DNA from: the human T2T-CHM13v2.0 reference genome, Homo sapiens
Direction: 5' to 3' (one strand)
DNA length: 64,000 nucleotides
Assembly: GCF_009914755.1 (NCBI RefSeq)
Contig: NC_060932.1
In this document: in pieces, positions 40,560 through 56,321 of the stretch
Numbering within the stretch: the stretch's first letter is position 1
How the letters are laid out: every line of letters starts with the position of its first letter
Position numbers and translations under genes: made by a program
Notes under the pieces: model-generated
The model's input: the letters and a program-made list of their open reading frames with translations, nothing else
Databases searched by the model: none
What the model was told of the DNA's origin: nothing

Positions 40560-43494
40560 GACTGTCTATATTTCTGTGCTCTGATTCTGTGCTCAAAGGC
40601 AAACTTGGGGATGATTAATTTGATTTGACAGGTGCTGTGATACTAGAAAGAAGTAGCATACTTAGTGTACAAGAATAATCTATCCACTAGAAATCTATCT
40701 CTTTTTCCCTAAATAATTGGCCTGCTGGTGCACCATAATTTTTTGGAAGTTTTATTAGTATGGGACAAATTCCAAGAGATTAAAAACCCTAAATGAGCTG
40801 ACGAGCTTCCTTCTCAACCCGCTAAACCTCCTGATGGCATGTCTCTCAGTTCAGCTTCTTAGCCATTACAGTCATCTCTGTTGAAATGAAACTAAGAAAA
40901 AATAAATAAACTGAAGCAGGAGGGGCAGAGACAAAAAGATCTACATCTCACCATTACTGCCACCAAGCACATACCCATCCCCTAGAAGAAAATGTTATAA
41001 GGCTTTGACCAAGAAGAACCAATACTAACTCTATTACCTGCACCTGTTTCCAAAACCACAGCACACAGTAAAGTCAATGGAAAAAAAGATCCAGCTTGTT
41101 TGAAAACATGCTTATGATCCAACACTGAAAATACATTTAAATTACACATCCGCATCTCTTCCCCAAATTAAAATGGGGTCTATATAGTGTTTCTCTTCCA
41201 AGTGAAAGTCTAAAGTGTCTGCATGTGTGTGCTAGCATGTGTGTACCTAACAAAATACTATTTCAAAGTAGCTATATTTATTTCTAATATACATAATAAG
41301 GGTCAATAGTATCAGGATCTTCACAGGTAAAAGATAATTAGTGATGTCTTTGCTGTTTTCTCTGATGAGAAGGAAATGAAAGAGAGTGGTGGAGGATGTT
41401 GAAAATGCACTATTTTAACTAAATCTGTTACATCACATTAGTTTATTTCCCTTTGAACTGTGTTTTAATCAAAGCAGGTTGATTTCCACTTCATGAAAAT
41501 GTTTCATTTCAAGCCACTGGAGTTTTATGGGTTATCTACCACATTTTACTGGAGGCTTGTAAATCTTATGAAATTCTGGAATGTCTAGACCATAAAAACC
41601 TGTCATTCAAATGTGTTTTCTGTGGAGATGTTTCTCCCCTATGCAGACTCACAGGCTTTGCAAAGATTTGTGGAGGGAAACAAAAAAAAACCTTTAAGAT
41701 ATATCCCACAGTTCCTGAGTTAAAAGATCACCCTTTCAGTTGACTGGAATTTCACCTGTCACAGTCTAACCCTTTGTAGAACTATTTACAAGACTGAAGG
41801 CTTTAATAATAATAATAATTTTAAAATTCTCTCACTCTTTCCCTGTATGCCCCTGCTTTCAATCCTTTTAAAGTCACATGGTACTAAATGCACTTATGAG
41901 AATTCTAAAGCCAGTGATGATTACTGTCATGAATGAACATTCATCACTGTTATTAAAGGGAGTAGTTGTGCTAGTAGCTGAGATCCAGCTTCCAAGATTG
42001 CTGAATAGAGTGCCCCAAATACAAACAAATACGGCAGCAAGGAAAAGATGGTACGCACTTTTAATAAAACAGAACCAAGTTCCTGAATGCTATTAAATGA
42101 ACCACTCCTTTCTTCTCACAATGTTTATCAATTTGGCCTCAGAGTAAACAGAAAAAAATTGGCATTCTTTTCTATTTATTTGTCTAAAACGTTGAAGAGC
42201 GCTAATCATGCATGAGATTTCTAAATCTCATATATTTGATTTGTACTATGATTCCTAAAGCTATTTGCATCAAGCTTCTCAATCACCTATGTAAACAGAG
42301 TCAATGCATGGGTGAACATTGATGAATGAATCCAAATATTTATTTCATGATAATTTTATGAGTTTCATGTAAAGCCACTTTTCTACCCTAAAAATTAACC
42401 CTGCTTTCACCTTCTTCAGATGGTTGGTGTCTAAAGTTAGGGAGGCATTTTATATCAGAAATTAATTCTTTTGCTGGAGAAGAGGGAGTAACGGAGAATC
42501 TGCCACTGGACAGCAATCAGAAATTATTCACAGCAGCTCAGAGGAAACCACCATGTCTCTGTTAAGATATATGAAAAGTTGTTTTAGTCTCTAAACAAGC
42601 AACCTTTCATATGGGACACTTGTGGGTATCCACACTGGAAATAGGTGTGAAATACCTGAAAATACGCACGTTAATTCAAGTATTTCTGAACCAGAATACA
42701 CAACTAGTACTATGCCATTTTCAAGCCCAGTCTTTCCTCTAAGGATGTTGCCCAGTGATTTGGAATCGAAAGACCTAAGTTCCTGTTTTTTTCTCTGTCA
42801 CTTAACTTGCTCTTTGACTTCAAATCATTCACCACTTCTCTGAGCCTAGTTGCTTCATTTGAGTTGAAATATGGTTTCCAGTTATAAATCTATTCGTCAA
42901 CTAATTGAATAGATCACTGAAGGGCATCTCGGATCTCTTAAAGCCAAAGACCTAAAGCTCTGGAGTGGTGTTTGAACATGGAGTGATCCAATGAATTGCT
43001 GTGTGATTAACATAAGAATTGTTAATATCATAACTCTTAAAAATCAACCCCATAAGTCAAACACAATATGAAAGCAATAATAATATTAAAAGACATTTAT
43101 ATGGTACACTACATTGAATTTGATATTGTGCCAGCTCTTCACAGTTACCCATTGCGGTATCACATTTAATGAGAAAAACAAGTTGAGAAAGCTTACATAA
43201 ATTGTTTAAGATGGCGGAAAGTCACAGACTAAAAGTCCTCTGATTTCTTATAGATGAAAACCAAAGGAAGAGGGACAAGAAATTAAGACGTGTTTATCTT
43301 AAGACGAGAGAGACAAAGTCAGATCTCTTGAAGACAACCATATCTGCTTAATGCCATATGCAATGTGAGTCCCAAAACATGTTACTTTTGTATTAAAGAG
43401 GGAGTCTCAGATACATGGGTAATCTTGGTTTCACATCTTCTGTGAGACTCACCTATTTCTACCTACATGTAAATACAGTGTGTCTGTCAAAAAA

Positions 43495-43675
43495 GCATTG
43501 TAGTATATTGGAAACATATATTCTGCAGTTAGAAAACTGAGCTTGACATTACCATTCTGCCACTTAGTAGTCATCTGTCATTTAATTTCCTAATCTGTCA
43601 AATGAAAATAACAACACTGTAGTTAAAAGCATATGCAAACTACATATTTTATATAAATAGACATTATTACTAATA
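43495..43675 (+). mobile_element. MIR fragment
   Basis: TTCTGCCACTTAGTAG...TTTCCTAATCTGTCAAATGAAAATAA. Confidence 0.6.
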
Positions 43676-44619
43676 ACAAGAAATAAAATAATAAAATATA
43701 TGCAGTAATAATGTACTCCCTTTCAATATCTATTTATCTATCATCAACAAAAATAGAAAATAAGTTACATCAACTCAAATGAAGGAAAAAAGGAAAGGAG
43801 CTCTATATGAACTAGGAAAGGTCTAAATTAGAAAAAACTTTTAGAAAAATTAACATTTTTCAATACTACTTCAAGTCTGGAAACTGCAAAAGAATCACTG
43901 CTACTAAACTCTTGAAGAATAAAAATTAATGAAATTCTATTGTATATATGAAAAAGTATTTATGGCCCCCAAAAAACCATATCAAATAACTCTAATTTGG
44001 AAGTTTGGGAAGGGAGAAAAGAAAGTATCTTGGAGTAGTCAAGTAAATAACCATTAATACAGTATTAAACTGGGTTATGAAAAACACAAGAAACACAGTA
44101 CTAAAGCAGCTTCACTAATTGCACAGTAAGACTTTGTGTAATGCATGGCCTGTAATTATTACAGACCCGAGGTAAGGTGTGTGCCAAGGTGAATGTCAGA
44201 AAAGAACAAATACCTAACACCACTTAGAATTAGCATACACATAAACTGGGGCACTGTAGCATGGGAAAAGGAGTGTGAGGCAAGAGTGAACAGTGGAGAA
44301 TTAGAAAAGGAACGCCGAATTTCAGTCTGTTAATGATACAAAAAAAGAAAAAAAGAAGTGTAGCCCAGACTCTCAGAAAGTACAAACTGCAAAGTAAGAC
44401 ACCATGGGTATATTTTTTAGCTCCAGCTAAAGAAGTGGGAACTCTGTGCCAGATCCTGGTTTCTAGTTCTTTGATCATTTTTCCACGATGGAGAAAAATC
44501 ACATGTTGGGTTCTCCAAGCCTGCTAAGATAATGCTTAGAAATATCCAATTGACTTTGAATCACCATATTCACCCAACACTCTCTGTAACTGTAAAAATA
44601 AAGGAAAACAAATTTAACA

Positions 44620-44820
44620 ATCATTGTCAACTTTTGTTGAGCACTTACTCTGTTAGACAAAAATAACCTCCAAGATCATCTTATTTTTATCTTTCCACTG
44701 GACCTTCAAAGTGAACTTTATTCATATTTTAAGGATGAGGAAACCGAGGCAAGGGATGTTGAAGGAATATGTCCAGATAGTAAACAGTGGGACTGAAATT
44801 CCAATCTAGGCGATTTTACC
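44620..44820 (-). mobile_element. MIR SINE
   Basis: TTGAGCACTTACTCTG...ATTTTAAGGATGAGGAAACCGAGGC. Confidence 0.75.
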
Positions 44821-46325
44821 CTCGACCCCCCATTCTTGTTCACCATGTCATTCCACATCTCATACTGCAATTTGTTTCCAAATGAAACCAAACATCCAAA
44901 AAAGAAAATGTTCTCCATAGAACATTCTCAAGTTATATCTTTGGTCACAAAGTAAGACATCTTTCTATGTGGATTCTGGTTACTATCATTTGCTTCTGTG
45001 AATACGAGGCCTACATTGGTTCATTGGCCCAAGATGTAGTCATACCTTTACGAAATGACATTTGAGTTCCCGGATCTGGTAGTTCTCTGCCAAAATACAA
45101 TAAGGTGCCCTCACCTAAATGGCCTCCCCCAGTATGCAGAGACCAAGTAATTTATTAGTAAATTCACAAATTAATTAACATTTAAAGTAGTACAATTTGT
45201 ACCTACTGCATGTATACTTTAGGAAGGACAGTAGTAGAGAAACCACAGTAGTCCAAAAGCTTTGTCTACATGACCAGGAGATAGAGTCCTCCGTGGTTAA
45301 GAACCTGCCATGAACTTGGTTCTCAGATAAACCCAGACCTAAAGCTCATTTCTACTACTTGCTGGCTGTGTGGTCTTAAACCTCTCAGAGCCCTGGTATT
45401 CACACATAAGTAGACTAATAGTATCCACCTCTAAGGTATTATAGACAAAGTTCCTTTTTGTAACAATGACTGGAACAAAAAATACTTGTTGTTTGGTATT
45501 ATTACTATTATTATATATTGTATTCTTTCTATATAATCTCTTAAATATTCTTACAAAAAAGAATCATTTACAAGAAGAGATTAGAAGAAGCAGTCCCAAT
45601 GAATTGCAAAAGTATTTTAACAACTTTTTATGTTTCATGAAAACAGTCAGAGAAAAATACTCTACAAAAAGATCAATTATTTTGCTTCATAGAAAAGACT
45701 GATAATTTAAACTATTCCTCCCTTTTCCGTTTTCCATCAATAAACCTACATGGACATGAGCCCGCATATGCCAGTGCATGATTATGCCCAGCTTGATATA
45801 GTTTAGGTATCCAATGTTATCACAGATGTTTCAGCCCTTGAGACATATATTATATTGCATGTCCATAAAATAAGACAGAAAAACATCACATTCTGACAAA
45901 CCTGGCATCATATGCACTGACTATTGGCATTTCCAGTGCAGGCACTGTCTCTTTAAACAAGTTTCACATTTAAACAGACCTCACTGAATCTGATGGTGCC
46001 AGAACTTCACCAGCTTGCCTCTGAAGAGCAAGACAAAACTTTCTGAATCAGATAAGACACAAACTGTATTTTTCTTCCACAGGTATTTGTTCAGGAGCTG
46101 ATTTCCTTGGGGGCAGCAGAAAGGGCTTAAGTTGCTGACACTCACTACACCAGTTAGAACCAAACAACGGGGCTTCTCATTCCCTTCAAAGCATAATTCA
46201 GAAAATGTAAAAGAGCCTTCCAAGTTCAACACTAAATATAATAATAATAATACACCACCATAATTTAGATCAAAGCTTACATATTTTGACAATGCTGTTG
46301 GAAGAGTTCCAATGAAAAGAAAAGT

Positions 46326-46430
46326 GTTCAGTCATTTAGAAGACATTTACCAAGCATCTACTATGTAGGAGGCTCTATTCCAGGCTCTGGGAATATAGTG
46401 GTGAATAACACAGATGATAAGAGCTGCCTG
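46326..46430 (-). mobile_element. L2 3' end
   Basis: ACATTTACCAAGCATCTACTATGT...CAGGCTCTGGGAATATAGTGGTGAATAA. Confidence 0.8.
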
Positions 46431-46499
46431 TGCAAAACAGTCCTTATTTTTAAGATGGCTTCTAGGCCCTGGCCTTGTGCATTAGCTGAGGCAGGGAGG

Positions 46500-46720
46500 C
46501 AAGTGATGGCCATCATAAGGCATGGACTTTGGCGTCACAATGACCAGGGTTCAGTTCCTAGCATCCCTGTATTGTAACGTTGGCCAAGTTGCTTCACCTC
46601 TCTGAGCTTCCTCTGGTGTCAGATCAAGATATTAATGGCGCCCTCCTTAGAGAACTGTTGTAAGGATTAGCTACTTCAGACTGTCACCTAGACAACAGTC
46701 AACAAAAAGCAATTTATTCC
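46500..46720 (+). mobile_element. MIR SINE
   Basis: CATGGACTTTGG...GGGTTCAGTTCC...TTGGCCAAGTTGCTTCACCTCTCTGAGC...GTTGTAAGGATTA. Confidence 0.75.
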
Positions 46721-48104
46721 ATTCCCTTGTTCAAGCCCAGTTATCCTTACTGGATAAGGAAATATGTAAAGACAAGACGTGGAAGTAATAAGTGGGTTTG
46801 TCTCTGAAATCAAGGTGAGCACTCAAACAATTAGGCAGCATTTTGATATTTGAGTCTTCTATTAGTAATTCAGGAAGCTGTAAAAGATGAGCAGCACACA
46901 TTGCCTCCTTGTTTTATCCTTTAAATTACTTTAATCAGTGATTCTTTGAGAAGCATAAAGTCAAAAAAAAAAGAAATAACAAAACTCTGAGATATCTGAA
47001 TCTATAAATGCTTACCGAAAAAACAACAACAACAACAACAAAAAACTGCCATGATCTGCTGGAGACCCACATGAAAACTTGGATACTGCTTTCTTCTCAC
47101 AAACCCTTCCCAGTTTTGAAAATAAAGCTCAAACACTTTGCCTCCGTTCAGTTCAGCAAAGGTAGCAGCTTAGACATACAAGTGCAAACACTGGAGGGGG
47201 AAAAAAAAAAAAAACAGCCGTGGCTGGCTGCCAGCTCTTGGCCAATCAGTCTTCACAAGGAAGGTTGCGTCAGAGGCTTTGAGCCTGCTGGAACCTCTGC
47301 AGCTGCCTGCAACACAAGCTTGGACCACCCAGGCCGAAGTGGATGGGCATCTGGAGAAACGCGCAAACAATGGAGAACGTTAGAGTCCTGCATTTCCAAG
47401 CCAGTGATTCTGTCCCTAGGCTTAGCTGGGACTTTGAGAAAGTCCTGGGCTAAAAAGAAATCTAATATAAGCTAACTGGCCCTACTATTAAATTGCTGTC
47501 TCAGGTCAGCAGCATAACCCCCAGAATGGAAAAATATTTTTTCAGTGGAAAATCACCCGTCTCAGTATTCATGGATCTAGTTTTCAACGGGTGTTGGGCT
47601 CCCACCCAATGTAATTAACATCTTACCTGTGGGTGGCTGGTAGAATTGCTTTACACCTCTCTCATCAACCCAGCACCTAACACTTCCTGAAATGCAATAT
47701 ACAAACAAATAGGAAATTATGTTTCTGAAAATAGACTATTTGGTTGGGGGCTCTCTGGTAGCCCCTCAGTTCTTCTCTCAGCAAATTTATTTTTTCTAAT
47801 TTAAATGTCAGAGAACAGGCCCACATCATTCAAAGCCTTGCTCAAACATAAGCCATGCCAACTTGTTATAATTACAATGAGATACAATAGCGGACGTGGG
47901 GAAAGCCTAATTAAAGAGTTGGACCTGGCATCCCAGATGGAAAGCAAAGTACGTGGCCTTCTATCAGATCTGAATAAAAACCCTGCTCACTGATGATGGA
48001 TGTCTCTAGGAAACACACACCCTCCCAGGACCCAAAGTACAGATGCTCGGGAAGGAGTAGGAGAGAAACATTCTGCTAAGACAGAAACTGAAACTAAAAC
48101 CCGG

Positions 48105-48234
48105 GGGGAAAGCACTCATGCCTGCATCCCAACCCCAGTGACTCTGATTTAATAGGGTCTGGGGTGCAGCCTGAGTGCCAAATTTTTTTAATTCTCCAAG
48201 TGATAGTATTGTGCAGCCAAGATTGAGAAACCCT
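48105..48234. mobile_element. MER5-family fragment
   Basis: TCTGATTTAATAGGGTCTGGGGTGCAGCCTG...GTGCAGCCAAGATTGAGAA. Confidence 0.75.
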
Positions 48235-49657
48235 ACAAAATATTCCTTAGATAATGACCTCCACTTTAACAGAATATTTAACTAGGAAGTCAGTGTATTA
48301 TGGCAGAGTAATTTACCAGATCTAACAGAGCAAAGCATAGCAATAATTTTCTACACTGCACTATAAATGTTGATTGTGCCTCCTGAACTAGACTGGAAGC
48401 TTCAAGGGGGTGTTTTATCTCCAGCTCCTAAGAGAGGGATGTAGACATAGCAAATAGAAGCATTTGCTCAATCATCAGATAGATGCTTAGAAAACATCAT
48501 ACCGTCTGGATGTTTAAGCAGAAAGACAAACTTTACAGCCACCGTTTTTTCTACAATCCTCTAAAGCATTTATTTTTCAAAATGTAATGTGCATGAGAGG
48601 CTTACTAAATATGTAGGTTCTTATGCCTCACCTAGAACCTAAAGAGATACTCAGAAAAATTCAGTCCAGTTCAGCAGTAACTGCACAAGAATTCCTCCAT
48701 TGCCCGGTACAACCCGGGAACAAAACAGCCCAGTGGCATATCTATATATCTGAGATGAGAGTCCACAAACAACCCGCTAAACAAGAAAAACCTCCTTTCA
48801 TCTAAGTTCTTGAAGCCAAAGATACATCATAGGTTAATTATACAAAGGGCATGAAAGAGTTGTGTAGTTCACTTCAATTCAACACAGAGAGAGCTGCTCT
48901 TATAGATTTAACATAAGTAGTAAAAAATGGGGTGGAGTGAAAATTCTGGATTCGGTGTGGGATTCTCAGCAGTAAGAGGCAGTGTTTCTGGCTGAAAGCT
49001 ACACTTTATACTCAGTGAAGGGAATCCAGATGCGTTCCCTTCCAGAGTTCATTGCAGGGCTTGAATTGAAGCTGCATTTCTTGTTACCTTAGGTAGGCTC
49101 TATAGGAGCCAACTTTTAGGAAAACCAACAAAGCAAGTAATCTTATATCCTCAGAAGAGATTAGGCAATACACTGTGATATAGAGTTCCAATATCATCGT
49201 GAAACACAAAAGTCTCTGCATGCAGTTCTTCCTCTAAAGTGAGTATGACCCCAGGGTGGAAAAGGATTTCTTTTCTTCAAGTAACAGGCTTAGAATTTAA
49301 TGGTGCCATTATACAGATTTCCTTCAAATTCTAGTCTAGTCTCATACTTGCTGTGTGACTTTGGCAAGTTACTTAACCCATCTGAATCTCCATTTATTCA
49401 TCCTTGCCATGGGAGATTTTTGCTTATTGCAGAGTTATTGTGAAGTTGAAATGTAAATTACTCAGCAGAGTTCTCATATTAACTGATGAGGAAAAAGAGA
49501 ATTGCACCTTCTGTACCTTCTGCTGGTCCTAGGCAAGGTGAAATTCTTCATGCCCAGTTGTCTAGTCACAATCCCTGTGCTTTCTCTACAGTTGTTTTAT
49601 TTGAACCACTGAATTGTTTTCTCCACCCTTCTTTATTCCTGCAGAGAAAACTCTTCA

Positions 49658-50443
<786 letters not shown>

Positions 50444-50689
50444 GAGCTCTTTTCTAATTCACATGAAGGTGATTTCCTCCTTGCTAAAGCCCTGGAAATC
50501 TAAATTGGAAAGAAAGTTAGAAATCTACTGTGACATGCTACAAATGCAGATGTGCCACAAACACCACAGAATGGTCATCCAGCCAGTGCCAGATCATCAT
50601 GAGAAAGTTTTGTTAGAAAAGTTTTCCTTTCATAGTCCCAGGTGAGCCATCTGTTGCAACCCAGGGTAAGTATACGCATGTACCTCATC

Positions 50690-50900
50690 AGACCTCAGTC
50701 CAAATAAATGTAGCTGTCTGTAGTCCTCCTTTTTCCCCACTAAATGCTCATAGCTGTTCAAATGTTCTTCATATACTATGGTTTTCAGACTCTCCACCAC
50801 CATGTCTTCTCTCCACTGCAAAGTGCATCATTTGTCATGGTTCCCGAAGGATTAAGACCCCTGCCAAATGAATACAATACTCCAGACGCATGACTGGATA
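50690..50900 (-). mobile_element. L3/CR1 RT C-terminal fragment
   Basis: Peptide MVVESLKTIVYEEHL resembles CR1 MVKGLETxSYEERL; AATACAATACTCCAGA motif. Confidence 0.7.
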
Positions 50901-51644
50901 TCCCATTTGGTGTCATCTTTTCTAAGTTACACTAATGGGGCTCACAGCTTTTCCTTCACCTTTGTTTTCTCCTTTTTCCTAGATTTTAATTTCTTTATTC
51001 ACACTTTCCAAACCAACTGATATCTTTAGCCTTAATCTGTCTGCTCTCATTGTTATTTAAATTCCTGCCAGTCACTTTCTGGCCCATCACCAAATTAACA
51101 TTCTTGCAAGGGCTGTTCAGAAAGTAAATTTACAAGGTGTTTTTAGAAAACTGATTTTAAGAGATGGCAAGTAATCCCTATAAGTATTTAAACAGCAGCT
51201 GATTGCTATGTTTCCACATAATCCAACAGATTCACACATTTTTTAGACCACAGGGCCAGCTTTTTATGCCAGCTGAGTAAAAGTTGCAGGGTCTTTGGTT
51301 ATTAAATCAACTTAATATCATATCAGTGAACACACGCTTTATTGAGTCTCGGGGTTGTTGCAAATAATGTCTCCAAGAGACAGAATGAGTTTTGCTTGAA
51401 ACTGGGGCACTGATACTTTCCCACTTCGAGTATTGATTTGTTTAGTGATTTGTCCTCTGTGTGGTTCCAGGTCCTTAGGTTACATCTCCTTATTCACTGC
51501 TATTCTACTTTCTCCCCAGAACTGGACGTGTCATTCTAATACATTTTCAATTAAAAATGTCTTTGACATAAATTTAAACAAGTTAACTGTGAAATTCTGC
51601 AGCAGACTCTACTTTTTTTCATTTAAAAAATGGAAACACATGTT

Positions 51645-51935
51645 ATAAAAGAACATTTAATGACATGGAAAAATATTCAAGATATATTGGTAAAGGAAAA
51701 AAGCAGATTTCTAAAGCACAAACACAAGATGAATCCATATTCGAAAAATAGAATACAGTATGTGTGCACATGTGCACATATATGCTTGTATAGGAAAATC
51801 TGAGAAAGATTTTCTTCAGGTTATCAGGTCCTCTCTTTTACATTTTCTAAAGATCACTTTCGTCCTTCTTCTTTCTCAGCTATATTTTCTACATTTTCTG
51901 TAATGAACACTACAACTTTAATAAAAACAAAACTT
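51645..51935 (+). mobile_element. Old L1 (L1ME4/L1MC5-like) 3' end
   Basis: TGACATGGAAAAATATTCAAGATATATTG...AAAAAGCAG...ATTTTCTGTAATGAACA...TTTAATAAAAA. Confidence 0.7.
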
Positions 51936-52020
51936 AATGTTACTTATCTTTAATGTAATAAAAATGGAAGCATAACTCTAAACAATTAAACATGATACCA
52001 CATGTCCAGAAAAAGTCCTC

Positions 52021-53054
<1,034 letters not shown>

Positions 53055-56000
53055 AACATCATGGCCCAACAAAATTGTCTTTATTACTGTGCATTGGTAA
53101 TTAACCTCATCGTTGAGCTTTTGAGCAATTGCACCATTGATACCCCTGTTCACTGTTATCAAGATGTGGAAGAAGAGACAGTGCTTTTTCACTGACTTCC
53201 AAATGTTCCAGAGCTACTTTTCCTTCTAGGCATTTTTTATTCTTCTCTACACCCTGCTGATGACACTGCCTGTTCATCTTTGGGGCCAAAGTGGTTCACA
53301 CACACTCAGTCAAGAATGCAGTATGCACTTAGTAAATATGGACAGAGCTAATGACACACACGTGGTGGGGATGGCAGGGAAATTTTTTGGTGCATAATTG
53401 ACATAGAGTCAGAAGTCAGAAAGGCAGATGGAAATAAAGAAAGGAGTGTGGAAGGGACTTGATGAGAACATCTTAATCTATGAAACCCAAAGATATTTGC
53501 TGTAGGCCTAGAATGTAAATTCAAATTAAATCAAGCACAACAACTCAAAGCAAAAACTCCTCATAAACAATCTCCCACTGACTTCAAAGGTAGATTTGGG
53601 CCACAGGGCAGAGAGGAAAAGAGGTTATGGAATGTACCAGAAGCTTTGCATTTGTCTACTGCAGAGTAGAATTAAACCCTGGAGGTTACTGACATCCCCC
53701 TGGGTCTTCGTGATCCCATAGGACAGGTTGGACAGTCCTCCACTGTCCAAATGTTAGCGTCCCTCTGAATGCTCATTTTAATTGGAATCTCTGGGTACAT
53801 GCGCTCCTCTAGTTCAAGGGCTCTGGGTGCATAAGTGGAAACAAAGCTTGCTACAGAACGTACCTCCCTCCCTCTTGGTTCAGGAACATATTTCAAAATG
53901 CCACTTTATTAGCAGCTAAACAAAAACACCTCTTCGACAGGGATGAGGGAGCGTGGAGTAAACATGTCATCCCTACCTATTGTTCTGCAGAGTCGAAATT
54001 CTCCTAAGATTGATTATAAAAGGCAGTTATAGAGGAAACTGTTTGAGTCTGCTGAATTAAAAACAAACAGTGAGGCATTCAACGACGAACAGATCTGATG
54101 GATTAAAATGCACCGAAGAAAGACATCTCAAGCGATGCCTGAATAGGCCAAGTCAGAATGAGAGGAAATTTGGCCTGCAATTTCCAATCAAGGGAAAACT
54201 GGCAAAGCAACAGAATTTGAGGCTTCCTCAGATTTACACTTTATCTGCTAATTAGCATTAACATGCGTGGTAGAGGTATCTCACCAGCTTGTGGCACAAT
54301 AAAAAACGGAATGTGTTATCACCACAGAATGTGTAATTACTTTAAGCACTGGCTGAAAATTGCAGGGTACTTCATTTCAGAATTTGTATATATTTATTGT
54401 TAGAGATAAACTTGTTGAAGTATATCTAATCTAATTTTATGTTATAATTCCTGTTTAAGATAATTTTAGTGTCAGCAAGCCAAGAACTGAAGTAAATACT
54501 GCCGTAAATTGTAATACATTAAAATACCAGAGAAATACTTCCATTCAGCCGTGACTTGATTTGCTTATTGTTTAAGGACAAAAAATAAAAAATTCTCAGA
54601 TTACATCAACATTGGAAATATATACTGTTGGGTTGCCCCTACCATGCAGGCCATGCAGCTGATGAAGTTTGCTAACCTTGACTCGCCCAGTTCCCTGGAA
54701 GTGTGAATCACTTTTAAAAGAATTGTAGATTTCCGTTTCCCTTAGGTAAGATTTATTATTTTTGTAAAAATCTCCTTAAATTGCTCTGTATGTTCCCACA
54801 AGGGAAATGCATTAGGACAGATTATTTGGCTTTAAATCATAACTAGGTTAATATTTGTTGTGAGTTTGATTTAAGACCTTGTTTAAATTCCTCCTTAAAT
54901 TGTTAAGCAAGACAATTTGGGGCTATGAAAAGGAAACTATACTGTGTTTTTCAGTAATATGATATTATGGCACAGACTACCAAATCATGCAAAAGCAATT
55001 TCTGATTTTTCTACTAATAGGGGATTATAGCTAAAGCATTGTCGGCATACAGACTGTGTATTCTTTTAGCAACCTTCTATCAAGCCTGCAAAACTTGGAA
55101 AAATGTGGAGATAATGCTGCCTCCGAGGAGGGAATGCTGGATCTAACACTATTTTTGTTTGGTAACTATCAATTTCTCTGCCTTTTTATGCCCTTGTTTC
55201 ACCAGGAGAGAGAAGAGAGAGGGGGGAAAAAAGGATATACAAGGATGCATGGTTCACAATGCCAATGCCTGTATTCATATAATTTGTGTTAATAAGATGT
55301 AAAAACCTTCTTACGTTTTCTCCCAGTTGTCTGTCTACTGTTCCTCTGAGGAAGGCATGAAATTAAGGATCCCATTGGATAGATCTTATTATGATTCATC
55401 TGGAAAGAGCCCTAGGATTTTAATGTCTGCCCGTTGCCCTCCCTGTTGTGTGAAAAATGGTGGGAGCTAATGAGCCCTTGAATGACTCTGGCCATCTCAG
55501 AACACTGATGTATTGGTTGTCTAAGAGCCTTCTTCCTACGTGTAGCAATAATGAAGCTACATAAATGGAAAGTCCTGAAACTTCGAAATTCTTTTTCTGG
55601 AGAAGTAGCTTCACACAGCACATTTAAAGCACAACTGAATTTTTCTTTTCATGGCTGCTTTTTTAACATGGAAAATTTATATTTTCTGTAATACTGATTC
55701 CTAATTAATATCTTAGCACCAAGTTCAGCATATTAAAGGCAGGACTGGTATATAAACAAAACCTGAGTGGCTCTGTGATAGAATAGGAGTGAGCAGACTT
55801 GAGATCTTCCCTAGAGCTGAGGGATACCAGGAAGGGGCAACGGTAGCAGCAATTCATGTGGTTTACTCTAGTGGCCAAAAGCATTGAAAAGGTGTTAGCC
55901 CTGCTGCTCTGGCTAGATGCCAGTGAAGTATTTATAAGATGCTGCCTCTGATTCCTTCTATGACTGTAAAAGTTTGGGGGAGAAGGGGACCTTTCTTTCC

Positions 56001-56321
56001 AGGCCTCATTCCTTGCCTCTTGAGCAGTGCTGTGATGTGTCCGGGGAAGCAGCTATCCTTATTTCACCTCTGAAGCTGTTTCACCTCAAAGAGGCTATGA
56101 TTTCCCCTAATGCAATAGCTGGCCATTCTCTTGCTGAATGTGGAAAGTACTTTGGAATCCTATGGCAAGAAAGCAACTAAAGACAATTTGAAGTCACAAC
56201 TGTCCACATCATGTGAAAATCAACACTCTTTTCCAAACCAGCAGCTAGAACAAGAAGTTGACTTGAGGATGTTGACTCAATACTGATGGGTAATTTTAGG
56301 ACCTTTTCTAGGGATACCTCC

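Noticed and set aside
47008-47475. Longest ORF (155 aa)
   Set aside because: Includes simple-repeat poly-Thr and poly-Lys runs, has no recognisable domain, and its length is compatible with chance.
39616-48095. Several ISRE-like motifs (39616, 40883, 48084) as an interferon-response cluster
   Set aside because: They are widely scattered, and a few GAAANNGAAA matches are expected by chance in 64 kb of AT-rich DNA.
51758-51785. Palindrome TGTGCACATGTGCACA in an alternating purine-pyrimidine run
   Set aside because: Low-complexity run inside an old L1 3' UTR; common.
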